64,000 nt of DNA, taken from NCBI GenBank assembly GCA_043228905.1, contig JBHGNT010000009.1, positions 3,658,001 through 3,722,000 of the forward strand. Direction: 5' to 3'. The translations under genes and the position numbers were made by a program. Positions 63,073 through 64,000 of the stretch are shown here, in pieces (positions within the stretch are counted from its first letter, which is position 1; each line of letters opens with the position of its first letter). Under the pieces are notes generated by a model. It worked only from the letters and a program-made list of their open reading frames with translations. It ran no database searches and had not been told where the DNA came from. The DNA is from Azolla caroliniana. Lineage: Eukaryota; Plantae; Polypodiophyta.

Positions 63073-64000
63073 TATTAGAGATATGATCTAATGTAAGCGT
63101 ATGATAAGGAGAAGAGAATGATAGATAGATAGATAGAAAGGAGAGAGAGAAAGAAGGGTGTCGATCCACCCAACCACCCCCGAGCGAAGGGATTGAGACA
63201 GACTCGAGCCTCGATTGGCATCCCATACCACCGTTGTGGCATCGAGTCATACATGGTACTAGCGCGCTCGTGTCAACAGTTGAACCAACACGAAACAGAG
63301 TCTCGACGTAGTCAAAAGATGATCAACTGAGGGTAGCTAAGCCTCTTATTTATAGCGATACCCAAGGCCCCCATGCAAGTTCACACTTGGCCTAATGGGT
63401 TGTCTCTATCCCGAGGATTAAAAGTAATCCTCCCCTTTTTTACACTCTCGTTTAACCCTCACACTTATCCATGTGGCTAGAATACTACGGTAAATTCTCA
63501 CCACGGGATATTATATGGCCATGCCCGTAACATACTCCCCCTCTTTAAAACATTGCACTCTTGCAATGGAAAGTAAGGGAAGTTAGTTCCAAGAGTATTT
63601 TCGCGTTCCCATGTGGAACACCGGGTCATTTGAAACAGGTAATATGTCGTATTCTCTTTTGGCATAGTTGGCCAGATGTAGAAAAGTACCCTATTTTAGC
63701 CTGATATCGAAAATATACAATGCATGCGTACCCCTTTTGCGACTTGATGGTTAAATATAGAACAAAAAAAACCTAGCAATTACTAAATTGTATATGTGTC
63801 CACATTCGTGTCAATTTGCATATCATGGAGCACAATTGAAGACTTGGTTCAATATAAAGTTCTAAAATTGGTATCCATATTCAAATTGTAGAGTAAAACT
63901 ACATAAACCGTAATTATAAATATGTGGTTTTGGGTTTAGGAATAAAGTAGTACCCCACTTGTTGGACGGGTATATCGATAGTTTCATTGTATAATGTCAT
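63073..64000 (-). mobile_element. 3' LTR (63073-63532), PPT and decayed chromodomain-like end of another Ty3/gypsy
   Basis: LTR starts TGTTACGGGC on the minus strand, preceded by PPT AAAGAGGGGGAGTA; upstream translates STWERENTLGTNFPYFPLQECNVLKRG. Confidence 0.7.

Overview
Gene-free, transposon-saturated eukaryotic DNA. The element types (self-priming chromoviruses, tRNA-Trp-primed non-chromoviral Ty3/gypsy, copia, L1-like LINEs, hAT MITEs) suggest a non-seed plant such as a moss, but this is inference. No host protein-coding gene or intact RNA gene is supported. Nesting was resolved from LTR ends and target-site duplications (TSDs). (1) A decayed copia RT is split by a 25.6-kb chromovirus complex A (1913-27527). 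A holds a LINE and a tRNA-like SINE in a (GA)n tract, two hAT MITEs, solo LTRs and chromovirus B (7395-21012). B holds a near-intact Trp-primed gypsy C (9802-16875), a 79-bp mini-element and a solo LTR. (2) A near-intact copia lies at 32431-38111. (3) A LINE (38920-49837) is interrupted by gag-only element D (41218-46588). (4) A second copia (from 54299) is interrupted by a solo LTR, gag-only element E (56173-60993) and a chromovirus 3' end. The most interesting signals are four. tRNA-type A/B-box cassettes sit in the U3 of four different LTR families. Two non-autonomous elements encode a Gag capsid region fused to a shared repeated ~16-aa motif. The Trp-primed family inserts at CpG-centred 4-bp sites. 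A candidate -1 frameshift (slippery heptamer plus pseudoknot) lies between protease and RT of element C. All alignments and counts were done by eye and are approximate.
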